A DNA stretch of 64,000 nucleotides from a virus (taxonomy: Duplodnaviria > Caudoviricetes), in IMG/VR virus record IMGVR_UViG_3300042997_001465, positions 6,778 to 70,777 of that record. One strand, 5' to 3'. Below, one piece after another: positions 1-8,332 of this stretch. Numbering within the stretch: position 1 is the first letter of the stretch; the number at the start of each line of letters is the position of its first letter. The translations under genes and the position numbers were made by a program. The notes below the pieces were generated by a model that searched no databases, had not been told where the DNA came from, and saw nothing but the letters and a program-made list of their open reading frames with translations.

Positions 1-147
1 CCAATGATTCAATTGTGGCGAGCTCTTAGCGAATGCCCAAGCTGCCAATATAACAAATGTTGTCATAGGTACACCAGGAACAATAGCTCCTATGTAAGCG
101 CAACCTACGAACAATAGTCCGAGTAATCTCCATAACCAAATTTTCAT
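1..147 (-). CDS. YbaN/DUF454-like inner-membrane protein, truncated by window edge
   Basis: Not in ORF track. Manual translation from ATG at 147: MKIWLWRLLGLLFVGCAYIGAIVPGVPMTTFVILAAWAFAKSSPQLNHW, matching the YbaN pattern PxxPTTxFxxLAAxxFxxSSP. Confidence 0.7.
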   Translation of the reverse strand, partial: MKIWLWRLLGLLFVGCAYIGAIVPGVPMTTFVILAAWAFAKSSPQLNHW

Positions 148-162
148 AACTTTTCTTTTTAA

Positions 163-291
163 TTACTTCCCCTGTCCTTTGTACCTTTTAGGTGCTTGGG
201 ATTTAGGGCCGTATGATTTTCTACCATTAATCTTTCCAGTCTTTCTTTTACCGAAAGATATTTTGTTAGCTGAACCTACTGACTTTGCCAT
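163..291 (-). CDS. small basic protein (42 aa) ending YKGQGK
   Basis: Manual translation MAKSVGSANKISFGKRKTGKINGRKSYGPKSQAPKRYKGQGK*; A-rich leader; K/R/G-rich. Confidence 0.6.
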   Translation of the reverse strand: MAKSVGSANKISFGKRKTGKINGRKSYGPKSQAPKRYKGQGK

Positions 292-347
292 TTGTTGTTA
301 CATTTTTTTGTAAAGTGTAACGTAACCTATTGACGTATATTTCTATA

Positions 348-599
348 CTATTTTGTTTTCTTAGCTGCTGGCTTCTTTGTAGCTTTCTTTTCAACTACAA
401 CAGTCTTTGCAACCTTAGTAACTTTCTCAGCAACTGCTTTTACTTTCTTAGCAACTTCTTTAACTTCCTCTACTTTTTCTTCGATAGCATCAGGAATGTT
501 GTTGTTGTTTGCATCTTTAACCTTACCGGTTTTCATAGCGATAAACGTAGCGATACCTGCAACAGCCAATACCAATACTACAATAGCGAATGTACTCAT
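348..599 (-). CDS. single-pass membrane protein with Lys-rich C-terminal tail
   Basis: N-terminal hydrophobic helix FAIVVLVLAVAGIATFIAM; tail KKATKKPAAKKTK; TATTTATA motif upstream. Confidence 0.7.
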   Translation of the reverse strand: MSTFAIVVLVLAVAGIATFIAMKTGKVKDANNNNIPDAIEEKVEEVKEVAKKVKAVAEKVTKVAKTVVVEKKATKKPAAKKTK

Positions 600-652
600 A
601 ATTTTTGTTTTTTAAATTTTATATAAATATAGTGTTTTTTATTAAACGAATA

Positions 653-910
653 CTAATCCTCACCATATAGGGAGTATTTAGTGATTTGCTTCTCAACCTG
701 AACCTCCTGTGTGTGGATAACCTCTACAGTCCCCCTTCTAGCAGAAAGGAAAAATTCGGTTTGTCCTGTGTTCTGGAAGTGGTATTCTAATGCATCAGTC
801 AAACTATCTAAAGTTACCGATGGAGAACCAACAGGTGACCATCTGTCACCCGGTGGAACTCTTTTCATTATCACTTCTTTAACTTCTTCGATTTTTGTTT
901 CGATTCCCAT
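653..910 (-). CDS. hypothetical protein
   Basis: 85-aa ORF, start overlaps upstream stop (TAATG). Confidence 0.65.
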   Translation of the reverse strand: MGIETKIEEVKEVIMKRVPPGDRWSPVGSPSVTLDSLTDALEYHFQNTGQTEFFLSARRGTVEVIHTQEVQVEKQITKYSLYGED

Positions 911-1143
911 TATTTCTTTTTACTTTCAATTACTTGAATGATTTTACTCTCTCTAGCAGCAGATACTTCATATTCAACGGAAATACCCGCTGCTTCGAAT
1001 TCACCTACTACTCTAGCTTCTGCTTCCGTAACGGTCATAGCATCTACTAAATAACTTTCTTTAACTTTCTTAATTTTTGTACCGCCCTTACCACCATCTA
1101 CTTCGTGATGTACAGTGACAGTTACTTCAAAATACTTTGCCAT
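910..1143 (-). CDS. DUF4494-like protein
   Basis: Motif ESYLVDAMTVTEAEARV resembles the Bacteroidota/crAss-like family signature YLVDAxSxTEAEAR. Confidence 0.7.
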   Translation of the reverse strand: MAKYFEVTVTVHHEVDGGKGGTKIKKVKESYLVDAMTVTEAEARVVGEFEAAGISVEYEVSAARESKIIQVIESKKK

Positions 1144-1168
1144 AATTTATAATTTTAAATTGTTTACA

Positions 1169-1200
1169 CAAATATACGATAATTTTTCCAAACTACCAAA
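1169..1200 (-). promoter_or_regulatory. Bacteroidota-type sigma70 promoter
   Basis: Minus strand TTTG (1200-1197), 20-nt spacer, TATATTTG (1176-1169), upstream of ORF 910..1143. Confidence 0.8.
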
Positions 1201-1203
1201 TTT

Positions 1204-1767
1204 TTAATACTCATATTCTTTTTTAGGACCTGTAAGATTACCATTTATTAGGAATGAACAGTTAAAACATAACATTCTAAGGTTGTCATAGGTAAAATTC
1301 TTACGATTACCATCCAAAAAGTCCAAAACCAATGGAACTCTATGGTCAGTAACCCTTCTTTCACAAAATCCACATCCATTGCATTTTTCCTCCATATACC
1401 CATTTAAAAGCAATCGCTTTTTTAATTTCCATATTGGATAATTTGGATACTTGCCATTCAATATTTCATCCAAAGAATGAAATCCACTTGTCATTTGGTT
1501 ACCCTTACGAATACCAATACCATGTGGATTTTTTAAATCCTCAAATATTTTGTACTCCTTTGCGTATTTTTTATATGTGTTGTAAGATACCCCTAATAAT
1601 CGGGCAGCTTCGGCTGCTGAACGAGCCTTTGTTTGTATTCCCTTTATCTCACTCTCAAGTAAAGGCCTTGCACCTAATCCTCTTTTAGTTCTTCTCTGAG
1701 GTGCTAATGATAAATCTTTTGTTGGGTCAAAATTGGGAAATTCCCTCACTTCTTTTTCTTCGTCCAT
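1204..1767 (-). CDS. HTH + HNH-like zinc-finger protein (catalytic His apparently absent)
   Basis: HTH SAAEAARLLGVSYNTYKKY; CxxC...LVLDFLDGNRKN...NLRMLCFNC. Confidence 0.7.
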   Translation of the reverse strand: MDEEKEVREFPNFDPTKDLSLAPQRRTKRGLGARPLLESEIKGIQTKARSAAEAARLLGVSYNTYKKYAKEYKIFEDLKNPHGIGIRKGNQMTSGFHSLDEILNGKYPNYPIWKLKKRLLLNGYMEEKCNGCGFCERRVTDHRVPLVLDFLDGNRKNFTYDNLRMLCFNCSFLINGNLTGPKKEYEY

Positions 1768-1826
1768 AACTTATATTTTGATATACTAATCGTATTTCTT
1801 TATATAAGTATATCAATTTTATTTTT

Positions 1827-2252
1827 TCATAATTTATCAATATCCCTTAGATAATGTATCAATCGAGTGAATGACTGTGTTGGATTATCGGATGTTGTAT
1901 CTAAATCAAAAAAGTTTTCAGTTGGTGACTCATATCCTGCTACCTTTGGTAAATCTTTAGTTTTTTTACGATTATTGTGAACATATATTTCAATAATATT
2001 ACTATTGATAAGTGATTTGAATTCTTCTCTATGTTGTTTCGATGTGTCCGTCATAGCAACTACAACATCGCAATTATTTTCCAATAAAAAGCTTGAAATA
2101 ATCTGAGCCTGTCCCAGTTGAGAATGATGTGGGAAATCAATAAAGAAAACATCCTTTCTCCAGTTTCTTTTTTCGGTTTGTAAGAAGTCTCTTAACTTAG
2201 TACCCAAAACCGTCTTACCTGCGCCCGTTTGTCCTGTAAACCAATATATCAT
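1827..2252 (-). CDS. degenerate adenylylsulfate-kinase-like P-loop protein
   Basis: MIYWFTGQTGAGKT Walker A, IEIYVH and YESP motifs; the DGDxxR segment is missing. Confidence 0.55.
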   Translation of the reverse strand: MIYWFTGQTGAGKTVLGTKLRDFLQTEKRNWRKDVFFIDFPHHSQLGQAQIISSFLLENNCDVVVAMTDTSKQHREEFKSLINSNIIEIYVHNNRKKTKDLPKVAGYESPTENFFDLDTTSDNPTQSFTRLIHYLRDIDKL

Positions 2253-2304
2253 AACTTAGTTTTTTATAAGTATCTTTTTTTTAATTATTTAAAAACGTAG
2301 TTAC

Positions 2305-2952
2305 CTACGATTCTTTTTCAGATGGAACTCTATTAATAACATATATTGGAATTTCATGACTACCATATCCCGCATTAATTAAATAATGATAATCTTTTAT
2401 ATATTGATTATGACAGTGTGAATATACATTCTCAGGTATCTCGCACAAATCATCATAAAATTTTTTTAACAAATTATATGGTAAAAAATAAAAATTATCA
2501 TCCCAATATTCCACATCATTTCCCATTTTTGATTTACAAATAAGATTTATCTTTGTATAATCGAATTCATAATCAAAAACACTTTTTTTATAAAATAAAT
2601 CAAATCTTTGAATTATAACGTAATCATATTCAACGCCATCTTCTAAAATTAATTTAATTGTTTCTTTAAATCTTTTATTACGTTTTGTCCATCTAACACC
2701 CAAATCAGTTTCCGTTTCATTTACCATATGAGTGAGTTGTAATTTTTTAAACTTAAAATCATCAATAAGTTCTGGTAATTTTTCTGTAAAGTATGTTGAT
2801 GAATAGAATGTTATATCATTCTCTCCGTAAAGATATTCTTTATTATTTTCTAATACATTTTTATAATTTACATCTAATCCCTCCCATCCCGGCATCCAGT
2901 GTTTTAAATTCTTTTGATAATGTATTCCAAATAAACCTATTGCGTATTTCAT
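2305..2952 (-). CDS. putative glycan-modifying protein (RxDL family paralogue)
   Basis: Likely start MKYAIGLFG at 2952, directly after upstream stop; DYVIIQRFDL and DDNFYF motifs. Confidence 0.55.
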   Translation of the reverse strand: MKYAIGLFGIHYQKNLKHWMPGWEGLDVNYKNVLENNKEYLYGENDITFYSSTYFTEKLPELIDDFKFKKLQLTHMVNETETDLGVRWTKRNKRFKETIKLILEDGVEYDYVIIQRFDLFYKKSVFDYEFDYTKINLICKSKMGNDVEYWDDNFYFLPYNLLKKFYDDLCEIPENVYSHCHNQYIKDYHYLINAGYGSHEIPIYVINRVPSEKES

Positions 2953-2953
2953 A

Positions 2954-3985
2954 TTAGTTTTCAAATATAGCGGAAGCACATCCTCTACATATAGTATCGT
3001 ATGATTCCTGTACTTTTTGTTGATGTAACGCAGTCCCCCAAAAATCTTTTAATTCCTGTGTTTTAAAATCCCCAAACTCAACTTCCATATCATAATCGTT
3101 GCAACATAAAAATGTCTTTCCGGCTGCATTTACATGGACCCATCCAACAGGTCTTCCACCTACTTCTCTACCATTACCACACCCAATTACTTTTTTAGTT
3201 TCATCACCTCTTTGTAAGTTTCGTTTTATTGCTTCTTTGTTGGTCATTATATGGTCTAACAGTCCAGCTCTATCAATTAAAGATGGTACATCAAATATTT
3301 GCAAACCAGGAAATAATTCTTTTGCCTTATTTGTTTGTGTTGCCAACTCACCCGTTATAGGGTCTAAATCCATATCAATAGGAAATTCAGGTCCTTTATC
3401 CAACCAACCACCCCTATCGCTAAATGAATTATTATTAGAACCATTGACTTGTATTGAAAACGATTTGTTTATAACCATATCAGGTAGTTTCTCCATTGCA
3501 TAATTTATATTTGAAATTAACTTATCAAATTGCTTTATGTTTATACCACTTCGCAAACTCCAAACTTCAGGCTCAAATGCTGGGATATTCAAACATATAC
3601 CATTTACTACACCTTTATATTTTATAAGTAAATCTACTCTTTCCGGTGTCAAAGGAACTCCATTTGATAATACCATAAAACACAATCTATACTTTTGGCA
3701 TATTTGCAATAATTCCTCAAAGTGGGGATATAAAAGAATTTCGTTATAGTGTGCGGTATAAAATCCTCCAAAGTTTTTATGAACTAGTCCATCTGGCTTT
3801 TCTCTTTCATCTATTAAGTTTTTAATTATCTTTTCTAATAATTCAGGACTCATTACCTCTTTACCACTTGCTGGATTGCCTTTATATTTTACTGGGCAAA
3901 ACCAACATCTTGCATTACATACCCCATATGGGTCTAATTGCATTTGGTGGATTTTATAAGTTTCGAATTGTTCTTTTACTGTCAT
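2954..3985 (-). CDS. radical SAM protein with SPASM/twitch-like C-terminus
   Basis: CNARCWFC (CxxxCxxC); C-terminal VNAAGKTFLCCND...CRGC; start at 3985 forms an ATGA overlap with upstream stop. Confidence 0.85.
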   Translation of the reverse strand: MTVKEQFETYKIHQMQLDPYGVCNARCWFCPVKYKGNPASGKEVMSPELLEKIIKNLIDEREKPDGLVHKNFGGFYTAHYNEILLYPHFEELLQICQKYRLCFMVLSNGVPLTPERVDLLIKYKGVVNGICLNIPAFEPEVWSLRSGINIKQFDKLISNINYAMEKLPDMVINKSFSIQVNGSNNNSFSDRGGWLDKGPEFPIDMDLDPITGELATQTNKAKELFPGLQIFDVPSLIDRAGLLDHIMTNKEAIKRNLQRGDETKKVIGCGNGREVGGRPVGWVHVNAAGKTFLCCNDYDMEVEFGDFKTQELKDFWGTALHQQKVQESYDTICRGCASAIFEN

Positions 3986-4926
3986 ATCAATACTGATTTT
4001 TTTGCTGTATTTTGTATTAGTTTCCAATATTCATAAGAAGTAGTTCCTTCTCTAATATCTAATACTTCGTTATATGGTAATTTGTTCATATACTCTGCTT
4101 TATAAAATAACCCACTTGTTGAATTTACAACTCCTGCATTATGAAATATATTGCAAGTTTCCCACAAATTTTCAGGAGATGTAGCCCAACTAAATTCCAT
4201 ATTAGGATGGCACTCTGTTTTATACCCCTTTTTCCACGCGTTCCATAATACCGCCCACATATCAGCACACCATATTTGTAGTGTGTGGTATTTTGGGTTT
4301 TCCATTAGTTTAATTCTATTTAACTCAGTAATATTAACGAATAGTTTTTCACATTCAATTTCTACATTATTCCAAAATTCATAGTCAATTCCTTTCATTA
4401 TGTATTGTGCACCAATTCCATTCAATTCATTTTCTTCAACAACCTTTTCGTCAATTCCCATAATAGAACACATTGCTTGTAGGATATCATCTCCTTTTGA
4501 TTTTATATAAGAGTGAGATATATACCATCTACAATCCGAACCATACCAGTTTTCATCATTTACCATTTCTTTACTTATCCATTGGCCAATCGGCTTTGTG
4601 AACGCAATATCGCAATCATGATAAAAAATTACATCATTATGAATTTCCGGTCTTGCAGCCCAATGTTGTTTTAATATATTTGGACGAATTGAAGACGTGT
4701 ATCCTTTGTTTCTTCTCGTATCATTGTAAAAGAAAAACCTAACATAATTGTATTTTTCCGCTAATTTGGTCCATTGTTCTGGAATTACTCCATTTTCCGC
4801 ATAACAAACTACATCCATGTTATTTGGATTAACTCCCATTTCAATAAAATTGTGTATCATTACTTCAACCTGCCATGTATAATATGGAATTGCGGGTTGG
4901 GCACATACGAAACGTAAATTCTTCAT
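3982..4926 (-). CDS. HPAT/SERGT (GT95/GT96)-like peptidyl O-glycosyltransferase
   Basis: Ordered motifs PYYTWQVEVM, GYTSSIRP, YHDCDIAFTKP, WCADMWA and IFH parallel plant HPAT motifs (PYxxWQxxxM, GYxxxNRP, EPDHxFxxP, WVLEMY, IIH) as recalled from the family. Confidence 0.65.
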   Translation of the reverse strand: MKNLRFVCAQPAIPYYTWQVEVMIHNFIEMGVNPNNMDVVCYAENGVIPEQWTKLAEKYNYVRFFFYNDTRRNKGYTSSIRPNILKQHWAARPEIHNDVIFYHDCDIAFTKPIGQWISKEMVNDENWYGSDCRWYISHSYIKSKGDDILQAMCSIMGIDEKVVEENELNGIGAQYIMKGIDYEFWNNVEIECEKLFVNITELNRIKLMENPKYHTLQIWCADMWAVLWNAWKKGYKTECHPNMEFSWATSPENLWETCNIFHNAGVVNSTSGLFYKAEYMNKLPYNEVLDIREGTTSYEYWKLIQNTAKKSVLI

Positions 4927-4967
4927 AACCTTTATTTGTATATATAATTATTACATTTTTATATTTT

Positions 4968-6353
4968 CTACGAACAAACTCCAGATACATATTCAATTAA
5001 TACAGTATCACTTGATGTGAATGTTTTATTTGTAAATGTATGTTGGCCAGTTGCATCAACTTGCACTTGTCCACTTAATCCACCATTGATATATAAAGAT
5101 AAACATGATGTTGAAACGAAGCTTGATATTTCTACAATTATATCCGAACCAGTTCTACTAGCTCCCTCTGCATCTACTTGTTGACCCGTTGATATTGGGA
5201 AAGTTCCTGTGGTAGTTACATAAAAATATACACCGCCAGGACCATAAACATCGCTAATCAATCCACTACCAGATGTATTTTTTATTGTAAATGTTCCTGC
5301 AGGAGCGGTTGTTGTAGTTGTAGTTGTTGTAGTTGTTGTTGTACTCGTTGTACCCGTAATACAACTTATCACAACCGCTTCATTAGTTACGTTTGATGTA
5401 TTATTTTTATCTCTAACCGCAACATAATAAGTTCCGTTTGTTGTAATTACTGGGTATATTGTATCCAATCCATTTCCAATATCATCAAATCCTCCAGCCA
5501 ATGCGTTTACAGCCGATGTATGTACAACTGATGATGCTTGATACACACCACTACCACCACTTATACTACTCCAAAGTATTGTAGGATTGGCTTGGTTGCT
5601 TACACAAGGTGCGGTGAATCCAAATTCAACAGGTACCGCGGAAATCGTTGTTGTAGTTGTAGTCGATGTAGATGTAGTTGTGGTTGTTGGTGCCGCAGTT
5701 GTTGTTGTAGTTGTCGTTGTTGTAGAAGTTGTAGTTGTAGAAGTTGTAGTTGTAGTAGTTGATGTTGTTGATGTAGTTGTTGTAGATGGTGGTAACGTTG
5801 TAGTTGCCGAAATACAACTTGCCTTATCAGTCAAAACCCCTCTATATGAAACGATTGCATAATTAGTTCCATCCGAATAATATCCATTTGGTGCAACCGT
5901 TGTCAATCCACTATTTGTAAATAATTGAGTACTATTAACGAATTGGTTATTATTTTTTACATAAAAAGTTCCAGTAGTTCCAGCACATGCCGATGATACT
6001 GCTATTGCATCGTATCGTAAAATTAATGTGGTTGATGGTGCTAATGTTGTAGTTGTTGTTGATGTTGTTATTATCGGTGCCGATGTTGTTGTGGTTGTAA
6101 GATTTTCAGAATTACCCGTACCAGAACAATCAGAAGCTCCATCACCAATTATTTCAATAGTTGCTGCTGAAGATTTTGATATTGAACAATCTACTCCAGG
6201 AGTTATCCCAGTACCCTGTGCCTCAAACCCAATTGATTTTAAGCGTGAATTTATTAGTTGTGCTGGTGGGGTATAACCACTACAATCTACCCATTGAACG
6301 TATGAACTATTATTACCGGTAACAGATACTCTATAAATTTTAACAGCTGGCAT
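4968..6353 (-). CDS. mucin-like poly-Thr modular protein, putative virion fibre/decoration
   Basis: Three Thr tracts separate Cys-bracketed beta-rich modules; no signal peptide. Confidence 0.7.
   Translation of the reverse strand: MPAVKIYRVSVTGNNSSYVQWVDCSGYTPPAQLINSRLKSIGFEAQGTGITPGVDCSISKSSAATIEIIGDGASDCSGTGNSENLTTTTTSAPIITTSTTTTTLAPSTTLILRYDAIAVSSACAGTTGTFYVKNNNQFVNSTQLFTNSGLTTVAPNGYYSDGTNYAIVSYRGVLTDKASCISATTTLPPSTTTTSTTSTTTTTTSTTTTSTTTTTTTTTAAPTTTTTSTSTTTTTTISAVPVEFGFTAPCVSNQANPTILWSSISGGSGVYQASSVVHTSAVNALAGGFDDIGNGLDTIYPVITTNGTYYVAVRDKNNTSNVTNEAVVISCITGTTSTTTTTTTTTTTTAPAGTFTIKNTSGSGLISDVYGPGGVYFYVTTTGTFPISTGQQVDAEGASRTGSDIIVEISSFVSTSCLSLYINGGLSGQVQVDATGQHTFTNKTFTSSDTVLIEYVSGVCS
5647..5790. 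repeat. ACN-codon low-complexity tract encoding poly-Thr
   Basis: Plus strand (gttgta/gttgtt/gtcgat)n; encodes TTTTSTTSTTTTTT... Confidence 0.85.
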
Positions 6354-6400
6354 TACTTATTCTTATGTTTATCAATTACTAATAAGTATATATTGTTTGA

Positions 6401-8293
6401 TTATTGTGATATATAAACAATAGTATCTGTACTTGATAATTCAGTAATTCGGATACCTGCTCCCCTTTCTTGCGTTGGGTATGTTAATGATGTTATTGTT
6501 TTTGTTTTTCCAGAATTAATCATAGCTCCCATCGATTTGGTTAAAATACAATCAGTCCAATATATATAACCCCCTCTATTAGCTCTACATATATATTCAG
6601 TGCAAGTTGTTACTATTGGTATCGGTGCTAGAGTGGTTGTGGTTGTGGTTGTTGGAGCTGTAGTTGTTGTTGTACTTGTTGTAGTTGCTGCCGAAGTTGT
6701 TGTAGTTGTTGTAGTTGGAGCTGCAGTTGTAGTTGTACTAGTTGTAGTTGTACTAGTTGTTGTTGTACTAGTTGTTGTAGTTGTTGCGGCAGATTGGTAA
6801 TTTGCGTATAGAAAATATTGAGATGAACCTAATAAACTTCTAGTACTACTCCAATCATTACTTAATCCGGTTGTATATATCGTTGCTGTTGCCTGTGCCA
6901 ATAAAGCCGATTTAACTTGTGCCGGTGTATATGATGGATTTAATTGTAATACCAATGCGGAGACCCCAGCTAATTGAGGGGATGCCATTGATGTACCACT
7001 AATGTTACATTGCTTATATGATGCGTTTAAATAATATGATTGTCCACTCTTTGTATTTGTATTAGATGTTGAACTCATTATATCAGTACCAGGTGCATAT
7101 ATAGTAACACCCGGTCCAGCTTCACTATAAGTTGCCTTTTGGTCTAAAGTTGAACTATATGCAGTACTATCAGAAGAACCAACTATTATTGCATTTGGAC
7201 TCATAGGGGATGAACCTCTATGATAATATTTTGTACCTTGGTCAGTAACTACATAGTTGTTATAATCAGTTCCACCAGATACATCTATTTTATGAGAACG
7301 ATTACCGGCTGCTATACAAACTACAACACCTGCTGTAATCAATTCCTCAATATCCACATCAACCGAACCTACTCTAACATTAGTAGCGTATGTAAAACCA
7401 ATATTTGCACCAGAAGATGGATACAGTCCATAGTTAGATAAACGATAACTTGAGTTTCCAGTTGTTGATGCATCAGTATATGATGTACCTCTATAATTTA
7501 ATGAAGTTACTGAATTATAACCAGTCAAATATCCCCAACTCATATTAACTACCGTTGGTCTACTTCCTGCTTTTGCAGTATGCCAAATTTTTATACAATC
7601 AAATGCGTATGTAGTTGATATACCAGTACTACCATCACCACTTCCTTCCAATCCATTTAACTTAACAGAATATATTCTTGCTTCTTTGGCCCAACCATAT
7701 GTTTTACCGGCAGCAATACCTGCTACGTGAGTACCATGTCCATCGTAATCTCTATAATGATTTGCGTTTTGTGTAAATAATCCACTTGTAGTTCCCCAAT
7801 CTATTTGATAAACTCTACTATTTCCTAATGAGTCTTGAAATTCCGGATGGTCTACTTGCAATCCACTATCTTGAATTACAACATCTACTCCCGTACCATC
7901 TAATGTATATTGATAACTACTTGTTGTTGTAGTACCAGTACCATAAACATTTGTTGCATTTGATGAACGAATCAATCCCCAGTTAAGATACGCCCCACTA
8001 TCCGATGTTGTTTTTGTAAAATCCCCAGTTTGAGTAACTCTGGGTGCCATAATGATATCCGTTCTGAATTCCGGTGGTATCTCTACACAATAAACTCTGT
8101 CATCTCCTCTTAATAATTCTGCTTCTTCATCTGTCAGCAAATACCAACATTGACGTAATGATGCCGGTCTTTCATTTGTAAATTCTATTCTACGATTTGG
8201 AATATAAAGTAATCCATCGGTTTCGGATTCCATGTCATCCCAAAACCCATCGTAATCTATATCGGCCTTTAACGCGACATTGTATTGTTTCAT
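6401..8293 (-). CDS. S8 subtilase with prodomain, poly-Thr stalk and C-terminal Cys module
   Basis: Triad motifs VVIQDSG, DGHGTHVAG, SGTSMASP; oxyanion AAGN; ~50-aa Thr tract; no signal peptide. Confidence 0.9.
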   Translation of the reverse strand: MKQYNVALKADIDYDGFWDDMESETDGLLYIPNRRIEFTNERPASLRQCWYLLTDEEAELLRGDDRVYCVEIPPEFRTDIIMAPRVTQTGDFTKTTSDSGAYLNWGLIRSSNATNVYGTGTTTTSSYQYTLDGTGVDVVIQDSGLQVDHPEFQDSLGNSRVYQIDWGTTSGLFTQNANHYRDYDGHGTHVAGIAAGKTYGWAKEARIYSVKLNGLEGSGDGSTGISTTYAFDCIKIWHTAKAGSRPTVVNMSWGYLTGYNSVTSLNYRGTSYTDASTTGNSSYRLSNYGLYPSSGANIGFTYATNVRVGSVDVDIEELITAGVVVCIAAGNRSHKIDVSGGTDYNNYVVTDQGTKYYHRGSSPMSPNAIIVGSSDSTAYSSTLDQKATYSEAGPGVTIYAPGTDIMSSTSNTNTKSGQSYYLNASYKQCNISGTSMASPQLAGVSALVLQLNPSYTPAQVKSALLAQATATIYTTGLSNDWSSTRSLLGSSQYFLYANYQSAATTTTTSTTTTSTTTTSTTTTAAPTTTTTTTSAATTTSTTTTTAPTTTTTTTLAPIPIVTTCTEYICRANRGGYIYWTDCILTKSMGAMINSGKTKTITSLTYPTQERGAGIRITELSSTDTIVYISQ

Positions 8294-8332
8294 TGATTAC
8301 TATTTAACGTATCTAACTATTATTTTTATATA

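Noticed and set aside
712-720. Perfect DnaA box as part of a replication origin
   Set aside because: Single copy inside a coding sequence; about one is expected by chance and there is no cluster.
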